DNA of 63,993 nucleotides, filler included, from Perkinsus olseni (Eukaryota): NCBI GenBank assembly GCA_013115125.1. It is 9 parts of 9 records of this genome, joined end to end, with 100 filler letters (N's around TTAATTAATTAA, not from the genome) between each part and the next. Parts side by side here need not be neighbours in the genome. Positions count along the whole stretch, not along the records: positions 22,220 to 29,500 come from JABANN010001035.1; positions 29,601 to 36,873 come from JABANN010001036.1; 7 more parts are not named here. One strand, 5' to 3'. Shown piece by piece: positions 22,510 to 35,600 of this stretch (position 1 is its first letter; each line of letters starts with the position of its first letter). The notes under the pieces were generated by a model. It saw only the letters and a program-made list of their open reading frames with translations, ran no database searches and was not told where the DNA came from. The position numbers and the translations under genes were made by a program.

Positions 22510-23830
22510 GGGACTATGAAGACGCGGTGTCTGTGATGAGTGAGCCTCAGGCTAAGTAGACCTTCGTGAGGTTCCGGAGAGTGATGATGAAGGCCCTCAG
22601 CCTCTTCCAGTTCGGCATTTGACGAGACCTTCAGCTCCCCTTGCTGAATCCTCGCCTCCTCTGCCTAAGGCGGGTCCTGTCCCCTCTGTTGGACGTGGGA
22701 GTGGTGGTATTTGTGGTGTTCCGTATGGTTACGAACACCCGGGGGACTTTTCGGTGAAGTACGTTGACGCTCCTGACCATAAGGCTCGTTATTCTTGGGT
22801 TTCGAATCACTGGCAGTGATTCACTGCTATCCGAATTCTTACGGTCCTGGTAAGGTTTGGCGTGAGAATTTTGCTTCACAGCGTGAGACCACAGGTGACG
22901 ACTGCTACCGTGAGTTGAATGGTCCTTGTGTAATTGACCATCCTACCTCAGCTGGCCTGGTTCATAGCGACCTTGTGATTCACAAGGTATTCACAAGTTG
23001 CGAACGACTCCCTTGTTGGTCGGGTTATAATGTGTCAAGGAATCTTGAATTCCACTGGTGAAGCTCACGATGATGTTTACTTACCTTTGGCTTCGGCTTT
23101 ACTTCGTTATTGCTACGAGTGTGGTGCCTATCCTTATCTGGTTAGTTATCATTCCAGACAGGCTAGACCTTCGGAAGCAGTAATTAATGATGCTAACCTG
23201 TTTTTTGATGCTGTGAAGTTTATTCAATGGACTTCATTGTTAACAAGCTCTACGAAGAATGCCGAAAAGTGGCTTTATCTTTGCTTTTGGACCATCGGGA
23301 TACTTGTTCTTTGACTGTAGTGAGAAAGCGTTTTACAGCCCTTTTCGTAATTCTGATGGTGGCTTCAGTGGTCTTACTGTGGAAGAAGGCCGTTTCTGTT
23401 TTCTCTTGGCCCATGCACGTCTTAAGAATCTCGAACAATATTATGAAGGAATGATATGATATTAAGGAACGATATTCCTTTGGCTAAGTTCGAAAGTCTA
23501 TAAAATGAGTGGATTAAGACGACCTTGGAACAAGTTAATGCTGCCCGCAAGGACCCTTCCAACAAGACCTTAGCTGCTCGTCTGGCTGCCCTCGGAGAGA
23601 ACACGGATGAAGCCGTTAGTGCTATTCTGAGCATGGTTAATGGCTACAGCATTACGGTTGGCGCTCTCGAGAAGATCTTGGATTCTCGTAAGCGATCTTG
23701 GATTCTCGTAAGCGATCTTGGAATTCCGAGTAATGCTGCAGATTTTATTGATGTCATGATTTTTATCCTTGTGACGTTCATTGGTTCGTTAGACCTTGTT
23801 TTGCGGAATGGCGTCAAGCGCGGTATGTAG
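22510..23830 (+). pseudogene. Decayed intronless ORF, probably retroelement gag-like
   Basis: Chain of overlapping ORF pieces with frameshifts and stops, T-ending codon bias like the Gag at 57478; 20-bp tandem duplication near 23674-23720; no diagnostic motif. Confidence 0.3.
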
Positions 23831-24082
23831 ACATTAGGAAATGGCCTTAGGTTCACTTGTTCCCTTGCTTCCTTGGATCGCTTGACACTCCTCACCTCGG
23901 TCTGAAGTAGACGGTGCTCCATGGATTGACCTTTGTCCCCCTGTAGCGTGATCGAAACCGGTGTCACGTCACCTTCCGTAGGTCACGCACTCCCACTCGC
24001 CAACTGCATTCCTTTTGGGGAACTGTGCTAACCTTACGATCTTTGACCGGGCGTTGAGCTGATTAGTGAAGCAACGATCTTG

Positions 24083-24118
24083 GTCACTGACAGTGACTCT
24101 GAGTCAGTGACTCACTGT
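24083..24118. other. Two nested excision footprints (X=GTCACTGT, then X=GTGACTCA)
   Basis: GTCACTG ACA[GTGACTC TGAGTCAG TGACTCA]CTGT; one mismatch in the inner scar. Confidence 0.6.
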
Positions 24119-24389
24119 AGTCTTGCGCACTTCCACAGTCTACAATAATGAGTACAGTACGCGCAATCTAGGGAATGCAAAACTGCTCACCGCGAGAACT
24201 CCTGAACACTCAGAATCCGGGGGTGGTATTAAGGAGTGGACCATTAGTTACCCCGCAAAAGGAAATGAATTCAAGTTGAATGCTATTTGAAGCTTCGGGC
24301 GTGATTGCCTGTGAGAGACTGCGCAGACAGTGGGGTTTTCCAGTTCTGGGGCCTGAATATTCCTATGCCGTGTGGGCTGTAAGAAAAAT

Positions 24390-24570
24390 GCTTGGTACAG
24401 TAACAACAACGCAGTTTCCACGTCAGCTACGACAACGTTCCCTCCCAGGGTGACACGATCATTCCGAAGCGTCACGGTAAGAAAGAAGCCCGCCGACTCT
24501 TTCCCTCCTTCAACTTCAAGTTTGAGTTCGAAATATCTAACGGACCGTTCGGAACGGTACGACTGACCTT
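24390..24570 (+). pseudogene. Fragmentary paralog of the 24870 secreted protein
   Basis: YDNVPSQGDTIIPKRHGKKEARRLFPSFNFKFEF aligns with YDAIEHDGDKIVLKRHDKPEGFGLFPFFNFKFDL; upstream stops; near-exact footprint at 24537-24558. Confidence 0.6.
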
Positions 24571-24869
24571 TCCCACGCATCTCGCCTATTATGCACTCAT
24601 CGCTCTTTGACAAAAGATCTGTGTGCATGCGTGCAACAGAGCACGCACTGCTTAGCTAATTTTCCTCGTAACAGTAAGCTTAAAAACTTTCCGGCGTACT
24701 TGGGAACTTTAAGTTTCCAGGTGAGCTGCTGAAGACTGAGGCTGTTTCCTCCGTCAGAGCCCGGCTGTAGAAGGAGTCCGTCTCAAGCTCGCTCATCGAA
24801 TTGCTAATATCTTTCCTATCATATTTTCCAATGCGTGGACATCTCAGTTAAACGTTAACCTAACTACCA

Positions 24870-25740
24870 ATGCTGATGTTGCTCTGGAAAGTCGCTTCAC
24901 TATTGGTGCTCATTGGACACGCGGCTTCGGCTCCGCCTCACGGTCGTTACTGCGCCTTCCAACCAATCCTTGGTCGGCCTGAATTGTCTGCCTGCATACA
25001 ATTGTACTACGGGCCTATTACAGTAATAGGCGAAGGAGAAGTAGTCCAGCCTGGCAGTAATAGTGTTACTGCCAGGCTGGACTACTTCTCCTTCGATAAT
25101 CATCATTTCTTCGCGGAATACGATGCTATTGAGCACGATGGTGACAAGATAGTTCTGAAGCGTCACGATAAACCAGAAGGCTTCGGTCTCTTTCCCTTCT
25201 TCAACTTCAAGTTCGATCTTAAGGTGTCGTCTGATACGATTAAGATTGTCCCCTACAGCACTTCGTTCTCCAACTTGACTTCTTCGCATGAAAATTGCAC
25301 GCCGCCGGAGGGATTGCAGTCTAATTGTTATTTCTCTGGCACTCCCGAAGCTGGTTCTGGGTTTGTGTACACTGGCTATGCTGCAAACGGGAGCGATACT
25401 GCACAGTATACTATACTTACCGTAGATGACTCCATCACCCCCGCTCCGTCTCACCTGGCTGCCGCCTTCTCGCTCTTCGACCACGATACCTTCGGCTATT
25501 TCACTGATCTCGGTACTCTCTTTCTTGGACAACCAGATACTACTGGTCATTGACTCATTGACCAGTGGTCAACGGGTGATGAAGCTTGTCAGTAAACTTC
25601 TCGAAACATCAGAAGAGCTTTTCGAAGTGGCAGGAGTCTTCTACCATGATGGGGAGAAGGACGACGTGCTCTTCTACCATCCTCATAGCTCGGGCTCCCA
25701 TATCCCGTATATCATTGCCGACGGAACGATCGCCGATTGA
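24870..25740 (+). CDS. Secreted hypothetical protein; C-terminus continues in a second frame (frameshift near 25540)
   Basis: Signal peptide MLMLLWKVASLLVLIGHAASA, then PPHGRYC; 227-aa ORF with an overlapping continuation to 25740. Confidence 0.6.
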
Positions 25741-26727
25741 ATATGAATCAGTACTCACAGTTCTGATACTATTACCCTTGAAGATCCTCATGTGTCGTAA
25801 GAATTATGTCTGGTTACCAGGCTCTGGTATAACTATTCCCTCCACTGGACGCCTAGCTGGTTTGCACCGATGGTAACCGACGGCTTTGTTTTGTATCCAA
25901 CTCTCTTTATCTCATTGGTATACGACGGATGCCCGGTTACTAATTTTGTACCGTGCCTTGGGTCTCCGAGACCCGGTCTCGCCCACGTGCCTTGGAATTT
26001 GTACTTTTCCCTTGTTGACCGTTTAAGCGCTCAGTGCGCTTGCGTGCAACTGCTAGCACGCGCGCTTTGCTCGGGCCGAGCCATGGCCACCTTTCATTCG
26101 CATACGCAGTATCTGGGCTGCAGTAGGAGCTGATGCCATCAGCGACGCTGATGATAATAAGACAGTATATGGAAGCTCCTATTCCCGACGGCAAAGTCCC
26201 GAATCTCTACCGGAGACTCTCTGGGGTTGTGTTCAAAATCAGTCGAGGCCAAGCTCTACCGCCAAAGTTCTCAATTCCGCGTCACGGAAGTTCGAGATAA
26301 CTTCCACTGGCGTCTACTGCAGTTACTTATTTCGATTCCGAGGATCATGCAGTTTTTGGTGGTGAATCAGCGCCAAATCCGCACTAAGCGCCTCCATCGA
26401 ATCGTGGAGGGAGTTATTCTATGAGGCACTTCAGATGTGTGGCCCATCGCCATATGCCCTCTAGGCCGTCCAGTAGTCAGCCGCCGCCGGCACGCTGTGC
26501 TACGGAAAAGGCTGTCAACAATGAACGGGCATCGGCGTGGTCAGACAGAAACTGTTACCGGCTACGACCCCCACGAGTCACATGAGTCACTTGCTCAACG
26601 CAATGAGCGTAAGGAAACTATGAGAGGTTTCGAGCAATGCCATTGCTATAACGATGCTTGTATCATGATCTTATCGGTCGAGCTAATCAAACTACGTCGC
26701 TAGAACTACTCACCAACTTCGAATAAG

Positions 26728-27828
26728 CTATGATAAATAGGGGTGGAAGCGTATCAAACTGCGGCCAGGTCCGGACTTACAGATGATACTAAAACTCCAT
26801 CGACTGAATATTATCGGAGCAGTTCGAAATAAATCTCTCCCAGCCTTATCAAGTGTCGCCACCCTTCTGAGCCCTCTAGGATGGCGCAGTACGTATTTAC
26901 TCCTACCTTCAGCAGCCAACAGCGAGCCCAGCCCTGGTGAGTGGCCCATGTATCTGTCTCTCGGAAGGAGACGTGGGAGTCCTACCTTCCGACGCTTCAC
27001 CCCCGCATCTATCCGGGCACTGAACAGCATCGGGTTGTCTGACCTGATGATATCGATCCGGACTGAGTGCCAGATCCCCTTGAGCCCGTAGAAGATATCG
27101 ATGGCTTGTGGTTGATGAGGCACCGCAGTGAAGCCGATGAACGAAGACCTGTGCTTCAGGAGCAGGCTGTCTACCTGGTGCTCCTCATCGGTCACCGTGT
27201 AGATGAGTCTCACTTCCTGAGGTTTGGGCAGGCGCACAAGCAAAACCTCGATTCCTTTGGGGTCGCAATCCTTGTCCAATAACTCCATCCCAACATACAG
27301 CCTATCATCAATTACAATCATGCTCGCTAGGTCGCTACCACGCCAAGTCAGGTGAGGAATCATGATAGGTTCTCCCGTCTTTCCGCTCGCCATGTCGTGC
27401 TCCAAGAGCGCTTCGCCATCATTACACAAAAGGTACAACTTGCGAACATCGGGATTATAGTGAGCTCTCCAAAAATACCCCTCGAAAGCTTCATTATAGA
27501 GGATAGTTCGCTCATCAGTTCCCAAGGCGCTCATGCAGAGTTTAACCTTGTCATCGGGATCAGGGGAAATCTCGTAAACGATTCCGTCGTCCATGAACAC
27601 GAAATTACCCGAGAGCTCCTTGTGAACAAGTATCTCTTCCGTAGGGCAATCCAAGGTCAGCTGTGCCTTCCTGCAGTACCCCATGATATCCCCCATGAGG
27701 TGATGCATCGGCTCCCTACCCTGCTCACCATCCCATAGCCTCTCGATGGCCATACAACGGAGGGCCTCAAAATGATGGGGAAGTTGGAAGAGGGCTATTA
27801 CACGATACACTGGGGAGGACAAAAGCAC
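26728..27828 (-). CDS. Lineage-specific hypothetical protein (beta-rich, possibly propeller-like)
   Basis: 366-codon uninterrupted ORF with protein-like composition; start uncertain. Confidence 0.65.
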   Translation of the reverse strand: MLLSSPVYRVIALFQLPHHFEALRCMAIERLWDGEQGREPMHHLMGDIMGYCRKAQLTLDCPTEEILVHKELSGNFVFMDDGIVYEISPDPDDKVKLCMSALGTDERTILYNEAFEGYFWRAHYNPDVRKLYLLCNDGEALLEHDMASGKTGEPIMIPHLTWRGSDLASMIVIDDRLYVGMELLDKDCDPKGIEVLLVRLPKPQEVRLIYTVTDEEHQVDSLLLKHRSSFIGFTAVPHQPQAIDIFYGLKGIWHSVRIDIIRSDNPMLFSARIDAGVKRRKVGLPRLLPRDRYMGHSPGLGSLLAAEGRSKYVLRHPRGLRRVATLDKAGRDLFRTAPIIFSRWSFSIICKSGPGRSLIRFHPYLS

Positions 27829-28557
27829 TTACACTCTCTGCCGAACTCTGCACTATGTACCTCTCAACTCGGCGCTGCCGACATCCGAAGACTCGCCATT
27901 CAAATGATTGTGAAGGTCCTCAGCTCAATAAACGAACAGCCGAGTACTTTTCCACCTCCTCGGAGCGACAATTCCATCGAGCATTCAGCGCCTGAATCTC
28001 AGGCGAACATTGCAAAACTCTCGAAAAATTCGTATCTCGCTGGGAGCCTACCCGAGCGACGCGGACCGCGCCTCTAACGGATTGTCCCCTCCCAAGGGGC
28101 CGCTCTGCCCGCTCAGACTCATTATGCGCCGATCATCTCGTGCTTGCGTGCATAACTAATACTCCATCCCCACGCCTAGAACTTGGAGTAACGCAGACTC
28201 TCACACCACTCCAGACTTGCGTTGTCAATGAACACCGATGGAGAGGTACCAGCAGGGGTCCCCCGGCTGGTGCCTCTCCATCCCCTGCCAGGGAAAGACC
28301 TCAACGACAAAGACATGCGATTTGCCATGGACGAATACGTGATATAACCTGATGGGCGACGAATTGCAAGAGAATAACTGGTGTCCCCATGCGCTCACAA
28401 AGATCAGTCTCTATTCTAGAATTATGATCATCGTCTATCCGATCCTGGCCATCACAGACTACTATCATCCGCCGCTGATCATAATGCCCATTATAGTCAC
28501 TGTAACATAACTTGCGCGTGGTTCATCCCAAGGTACCTTTTTCGTCAGGAAGTGAAT

Positions 28558-28637
28558 CCAACCGAGCCGCCAGGCGGCTCGGTTGGCGGCTCGGTTGCCT
28601 TCAGCAAGAAGGCGGCTGCCGCCTTCTTCTTGCTGAG
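28558..28637. other. Extended excision footprint (X=AGCCGCCT)
   Basis: AGCCGCC AGGCGGCT cggttgg... tcagcaaga AGGCGGCT GCCGCCT; both tails are reverse complements of the flanks. Confidence 0.7.
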
Positions 28638-29500
28638 CGCGGTGATCGGTTTCGCCGCTATATTTCAGCTTGAGCCCAGCGGCCTCTACAACGGACTTTG
28701 AAATAGCTCCCTCCTAGTCCCACTCTTCTTAGGACCTCTTTCACTAACCTTTTCGGAATGACGAATCTGAAGGTGAGAGCCCTCACCTCACAAACATAAG
28801 CAACCTCTGAAAGGGTTTCACGAGTCCCTCAGCCTTAAGTGTAAGGAGACAAACCTTAAGAGCAACGATAAGTGAGATCTTAAGTTCGGACTAAGCGTCA
28901 CCTTAAGATCTACTATTAGACGACTTGAGATGGATGTTGCGCGCAATGCTGAATCCCCGCGCTGCACAAGATCCTATCGAGCTTTTTTGATCGAAAAAAC
29001 GCTAATCAGGAGAACGCTGTAAAATTGTAGGATCCTGGAGGGTACATACTCACGCGGCCTGTGAACCGTGGGGTATAGTTTCCAGCGGAGCATAGTAAGG
29101 CACTTCCACTCACTTTCGGGGGGGAGGTAAGGCCGGGGTAAAGCTGATCGGTCGCGCATTACCGTAATTTCAGTTAAATCCTTATCAACGTGGCGTAGTG
29201 GAACGAACTAACTTCCCAAGGTCTTCATACTACTAGTTGCGTTAATTGCAGATCAGGGAAGGAACGTACGTCGAATGCTCGCTTGCCAATTCCGCATGTC
29301 ATGAAGCCTTCACTCGGGACTCAGGGGCCGAACCTGACTCCAACGAGTGCTGTAGCAGACCCATGAAGACATCTTTTGCATCGGTTGTGATGAAACCTCT
29401 GAGTGTGGGGAGGGGGAGTGGGGCGTGCGAAATTCCCATGATGCAGAGGTTGGGAGTGTGAACAGTATGTGACCGCGCTCTGACCTAATTCGGTACTTAT

Positions 29501-29600
29501 NNNNNNNNNNNNNNNNNNNNNNNNNNNNNNNNNNNNNNNNNNNNTTAATTAATTAANNNNNNNNNNNNNNNNNNNNNNNNNNNNNNNNNNNNNNNNNNNN
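29501..29600. other. Artificial contig linker
   Basis: N/TTAATTAATTAA/N. Confidence 0.99.
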
Positions 29601-32600
29601 TAGGGCTCATCGCACGCAGACGCAGCGAGCGGAGCGAAACGAGTTTCCTTTCCATGAAATGGAACACTGCGGGGCCGGCAATTTCGATGCCACAACTGAC
29701 CTGTAAGGTCGGACCTACTAATGTTGATGTTAAGGGGATTCAGAATTGATCTGTCACTACGCGTCACGATACGCGGATGCATCAGTCCCGCACCTCATGT
29801 CCCCGCACCACATAACATGGCCCAGCTAAGAACACAAGGGGTGACATACACTGGGTGTTGATAGTTCCGTACAGGCGAACCCATATCAACACTCGTGCGA
29901 CTGCATCAGTGACTTGTCTTAGGCATTGGCGCCAAAATATACCACAAGAGGTATGCCAACGCACAGTCAGCTAACGCCGACTCACTCCCATATCGGGAGA
30001 CCTCTATTAACAACAACGTAGTAGGGATCGCATCTCAGCGATTAGTAGGCAATAACTGTTGCCCGGCCCCCTGGTATTCCCTTCATATCAGTCCACTCCT
30101 TCGTGGGACTTAAGTAGGGTCAAGACTAACATACGATTACTTACGGCTACTTACGATTACTGATACTATTACCATACTAGGAAATGAGTTGCTTATACAG
30201 CATAACTGATAATTAATCATGTTAATGAGATTAACAATTCTGAGTCCATCATCTCATTCGTCACTGCTGCCGGCCCTTATTGGGGATGGTGTTCACGCAG
30301 CCAACGGATGATGTCGTCCAACTTCTTCTTGGACTGGCGCGTCAACGGCAGTCGGAGCTTGTAAGCGCAGACTGTAGGCAGGCTATCAAAGAAACCATTA
30401 TTACGAGTTACGGACAACACTCTCCCCCTTTCATTGATAAGATCTCCTGAATCGTCTACCTCCTCCAGCTCCCACAAGTCACAAGAACCATCCCCCGAAC
30501 CCTTGTTCCTCCAATAACTGACTGTGGGGTTACCATCACAATTGAGTATAACAACAAGAGTTGCGTCCGGAGTCATATTCTCCGGAGTACAACGGGGAAG
30601 ACTAGTCAACAGATCCGACTGAGCAGTCACGGAGCCATCAGCATCCGAGCTGGCTTCATTACTAGGAAGCTGTTGCAGCTTACGATTCAGTAACACAGCA
30701 GGGAGATCGTATGCGTCGGCTACAGACTCATAAGCAGCCTTCGCAACTAACAGATCAGCCTTATTGAACGGCTCACTCTTGCACAGTACAAGATTACCGA
30801 CATATTCATCAGATAGTTTCTTAAAGCTGTCGATAATACGGATCACACTGCCCTGAGTCTTCAACACGATCATCGGCTCAGATGCCGGCATCTTTGGCCT
30901 CACTCGTCTCACAAAATCACCATCATGGATTTCTTCGGTTTTACCAGTACGGCGTAGTAGTTTGCCTCGGACCTTCTCACGGAGAGATGCCCAGATAGCT
31001 ACGTATTCCTTGAGGGTAATGTCACGGAGATTTTCGCGAGACCGAGCCATCTCAGCGAGTTGAGCTTGCCACGATGGAATCTCAGTGAGATGCCGGAATC
31101 CTAGTTCTTCTAGCTCTTCATCACTGACCTCGGAGTTACTCTCGATGCCCGGAACTCGAGGATTGGCACCAAACACCATCGAGTAAGGGCAGAGACCATA
31201 TGGGCAGTTCTCATAGTAAGGGGATATATTCCAGCAGTAGACTGCACGGGGTAATCTGTTGACCCAAGTATTCTCACCTATCAACGATGGATCTGAATGA
31301 TCCAACAACATCGGACGAAGGAAATCTCGCAGCCCTTTATGGGGCCGTTCAATCCAACCTGCTAAGGACGAGCTCGCGACTGGAAAGTAACGGAGATGAA
31401 CTTGGCGTTTAGCCGCCCAAAAGCGAAACGATGAGACATCTATAAAATTGCTTCCTCGATCCATTATAATGATACGAGGAAAGACTCCGTTATAGAATAG
31501 TCGGTCCAACGATTCTGCTGCTTCTTTTCCGCTCATACTAGTGATAGGCACGACACGCAACCACTTGGTTGCCACACAGGTTACAGTAATAATTCCGACG
31601 AAACGCGTGCCGTTTTGTTCTTGTGGGGGTAGGTACATTACATCGATACCCACCGCTTCTCCCGGCAACGCGTTGCCCCTGAACTTCACAACACCTGCCG
31701 CTCTACGCCAGGTATTACTGGCACGAACTCTCTGACATTGCTCACACTCTTTAACAACCTGCGAACATGTTTTGTTCATGCGCTTCCAGAAGTAGGACCG
31801 TTTCACTATGGACATAGTGCGCACCCCGCCCGCATGGGCGAAGGCGATATGTGCATCTTGTGTTAACTCATGTCTGAGATTCAACGTTTCCGCATTACAT
31901 GGAATGAGCAATGGATTGACTTCTTGTGCTTTCGACTCGATCACCGACACCGGCGACCGACGTCTGATCAATCCTGCTGGATCGATCTCAAACTCTTTCG
32001 TCCATTTGGGGGCGTCGTTTCGCCCTATCAATTCTTTCAAACGACTACACCAACGATCTTGGTCTTGATAGGCCTTGATGTCAGCTATAGCAGCTGGAAG
32101 ACATTCCAGCCGTGTCAGCCGACTATGCAGCGGATTCATGAGCGATACTGTGCGATCGTTGGGATCACAGAGGTAGGAATCTATTGGCAGCTCATTTAAC
32201 TCACGAGCGATAGCAGAATCCCATTTCAGGGAGGTTTCTTTGAGAGCTTCATCGCCCAACCAGGATCTCAGTGATACTAAGTCACATTTCGGCGGGCCGT
32301 ACTGGTCCGCTCTGGATGCCCCGTCTGAGGGGTTGATGGATCCTGGTATATGACAACATATAGTCTTATGATTCTTGACCGCATCTGCTATCTTGCCGAT
32401 CCTACGGCGCTCCACAGCTGATAGACCCTTCAGCATCCTATCTCCCCCACGTAGCCTGTGAATCAAAATCTCAGAATCCGTGTGAAGGCCTTTGATGAGG
32501 GGACTGGGCATATCATCATCCTCTGGCAAGGCTGTTAGGTACTTATCCAGCGTTTCCGCTGCTCTGACTGCTGCCTCAGTCTCCTTGCGAGGTATGGTGT

Positions 32601-35600
32601 ATCGACACTCGGGTGGAAATATACCACTCCTCGCATAGAGTAAACGCATCGAATGATCTCGGATCTCTACGGACCATCCAGTGATGCTGGCATCAGAGAA
32701 GATGAAGATCTCCTTAGGGGAGCAGTAACGAGGAGCTACATGAAGTGATGATTGCATGTAAGAGACCCACTGGTGGAGTTCCTTAGCGATCTCAGGCGAT
32801 ACAGCCTGCTCCCACTCTTGGGTGGAGTGTATGGCTTTGCTAGCAATCCAGCGAGCAAAGGACCCTTCTGTGAGAAATAATCCTAGTGGATCATGCCATC
32901 TCTGTGCTACAGAGATTACCATACGCCTGGTGACGTTAGTCTGAGTTTCCAACGCTGCCTGTTCGGTCGGCTCCAACAATGGAAAGAACTGTACTACTAC
33001 ATCCGTAATCGGATCCCATTTGTAACCTAGGAAGGGAATCCACTGACTACTGTCAGGGGATACGTTCTGAAGATGCTGTGATGTTTCTCTTATACGCCCT
33101 GGTTCCCACTCAGCTACAATCACACTCTCTGGAATATCAAAATTACCCCCGGTCTTACTACCCATGGATGGGAATCCGTGCTGTCCGAACCCCCATCTAA
33201 CCCAGTGGAGCTGCCGCCTCCCATGGTTGGGATTTTGGTTCTCACGAACTTGACCATCATCAACATACATTTCGCACTTGATCTTTTTTGGCCTTGGCGG
33301 CTCTGGAGTCGTATGATCGACATCTTGATGGTCATATTTCGCGGCGCTCTCTTCCTGGGCATCTTCCTTTGGTGTAATCCCGCTAGTATCTTTCAGCAAC
33401 TCTATCAGTGCGTTCTTAATCAACGTTGTGCCCTCCAGCAGAGCACACGGAGAAAAGTTGAGCCCGAACGGCAATGAACGAAACCTCAGCCTCCGCGAGC
33501 ATACCACACAGCACAACCAGCTTCGCTGGTCTGTAGGTATGTAAATTCTCCAAAATGCTTTGGAGATATCAAACAGGCCGATCCACACGTACAACCTCCA
33601 TCCAACCAATGCTTTAAGCAAGGCTTTGGGATCGTGCCATCCAGGTCTCGTGTATTTATTTGCTACTCTCGCATCTAGGCACAAACGGCATCTCGTTGAC
33701 CGAGCTGCCGAGAAGACGGGAACTATGCTTATGTAATGCTTATCAATGGCATCAATTTCCGATGGTGGATAACGTGGGAGATCCGAGTCTATCGGCTCCG
33801 CATATCCCTCACTCACCAGCAGATCAGCTTGTTGCTGGAACATGCTCAATTTTTCGGGAGCGAGAGTTAATCTTTTCCTTAATGACTTATCCCTGTGCCA
33901 GGCTTGCGCGAATGATCTTGGCGGTCTTTCGTTACTTCTCCAAGGTATATCAACCCATAGTCGGCCCCTGGGGGCTGTCTCATCAGCATCTCCTATCCAG
34001 ACCCTCGGGGGAGTCGATGATGACAGTTGCAGAGTGTCCCTCTCTACTGATACATCATTTTCATCTACCGAGTCGGTTGGGTTCTCCTCCAAAGGGGATA
34101 CTTCAGAGGGATCTCTGATGCCTGCCATTTGCCCGGCCAGCGCCGACGGAACGGTAGTGATTCCGTTCATGACTAGCCCCCTCAATCCGTGGAAAGGAGT
34201 GTATACGGCATTAGAGACAGGTAGAAAGTCTCCTGGATCTCCCAGGATCAAACGGTCACCCGCGGGAGAGATCACCCAGATGGCACCCTTGGGTCTCAAC
34301 GTTTTGAGACTGATCAACGCTGGATACGGTGATAAGGTCTGCAACACTCCCCATTCTATACTTAATGGGGTGTTATCCTCTAGGCGACAATGATGAGACA
34401 CCGCACGGCCTAACAGCTTATTGAATGAAGCATTCCCGAACTGAACGGGAGTTCCAGCACCATCGGTGCTCATTGAAGTCACTAGATTCTTCTCTCTCAA
34501 TCTTTCATCCGTCTCCAGGGAACAGAAGGACTCGCTACAGCCAGAGTCCAACATGGCATCAAGAATCAGTGCTGGACTATCAGGGTCATCCTTATTTTTA
34601 CAGTACAACCTTATACATCGGATACTTCCTGTGTTGCTTGACGGCAACGATATCGCCGTATTCTGCGCTTGCTTCTCAGACCCCGCCTCTTTTTGGGGTT
34701 CTATATTGTCAGAAGGTTTCTTTTCACTCTCAGTCTTCTGGTCCAATGTTTTCATACATATTCTAGCCATATGTCCTTTACCGTTACATCTCCAACATCT
34801 TTCCTCAGCTATACGGGGATTGGGGCATCGAAGGACCGTGGGGTTCCAGCCTTGTATATTGTGAGTCAGACCACATCTACGACATCTTTTGGTCAAATCT
34901 GCCGGTTGGGCCGCCAAACACTGCGCTGCAGCATGCTGCTCGCTGTAACAGCGCTGACATTTGTGCTTAAGACACTCGTGAGGGGGTGGGAAATCTCTCT
35001 TGAATCGGACATTCCCCTGGGTCGGACCCGGAGACCCTTCCTTAGCCCCCTGCACTGCGGCATACAAGAACCCGGCTTCAGTCGGCTTTTCCGCTCTGCC
35101 GACAATCTCAGTCTCAGAAGGGCTTCTTTCTACCGGGGCTACGCCGTGACGATCTTCATACTCATCCCCCCTCAGCTGCATTTGTGCTCGAAGAGCATAA
35201 ATGGAAGGGGGTGGCATAGACTGCATAGGATCTATGCTGACAAAAGTGGACATGTATTGTCCCACCCAGTCACTGTAAGGCGGGAACAGACCTCGGCGCC
35301 AGACACTGAGTTCATCAGCATCTTCTGTCGCGGCACCGGCGTAAGTGAGATCCTTACGCACATCTCTTACTCTTGTGAGAAAGTCACGGCACGTTTCCCC
35401 GGATCTTCTGACTAGTTTTGCCCAATCTGATTTCAGCCTATCCCTCACGACAGCGTTAGAATAATAACCTTCTAACACGCGCCAGATACTTGCTACACGT
35501 GATCTATATCCCTCAAGGGTCTTCCTATCGAAATCTCTACCGAGGACGTCTAACACGTCATCCCAGACGGATCTGGTACATGAATATCGAATGAGATAGT

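Noticed and set aside
24900-25550. Antisense 216-aa ORF sharing peptides with the sense ORF
   Set aside because: The shared peptides come from the inverted repeat of the footprint; shadow ORF
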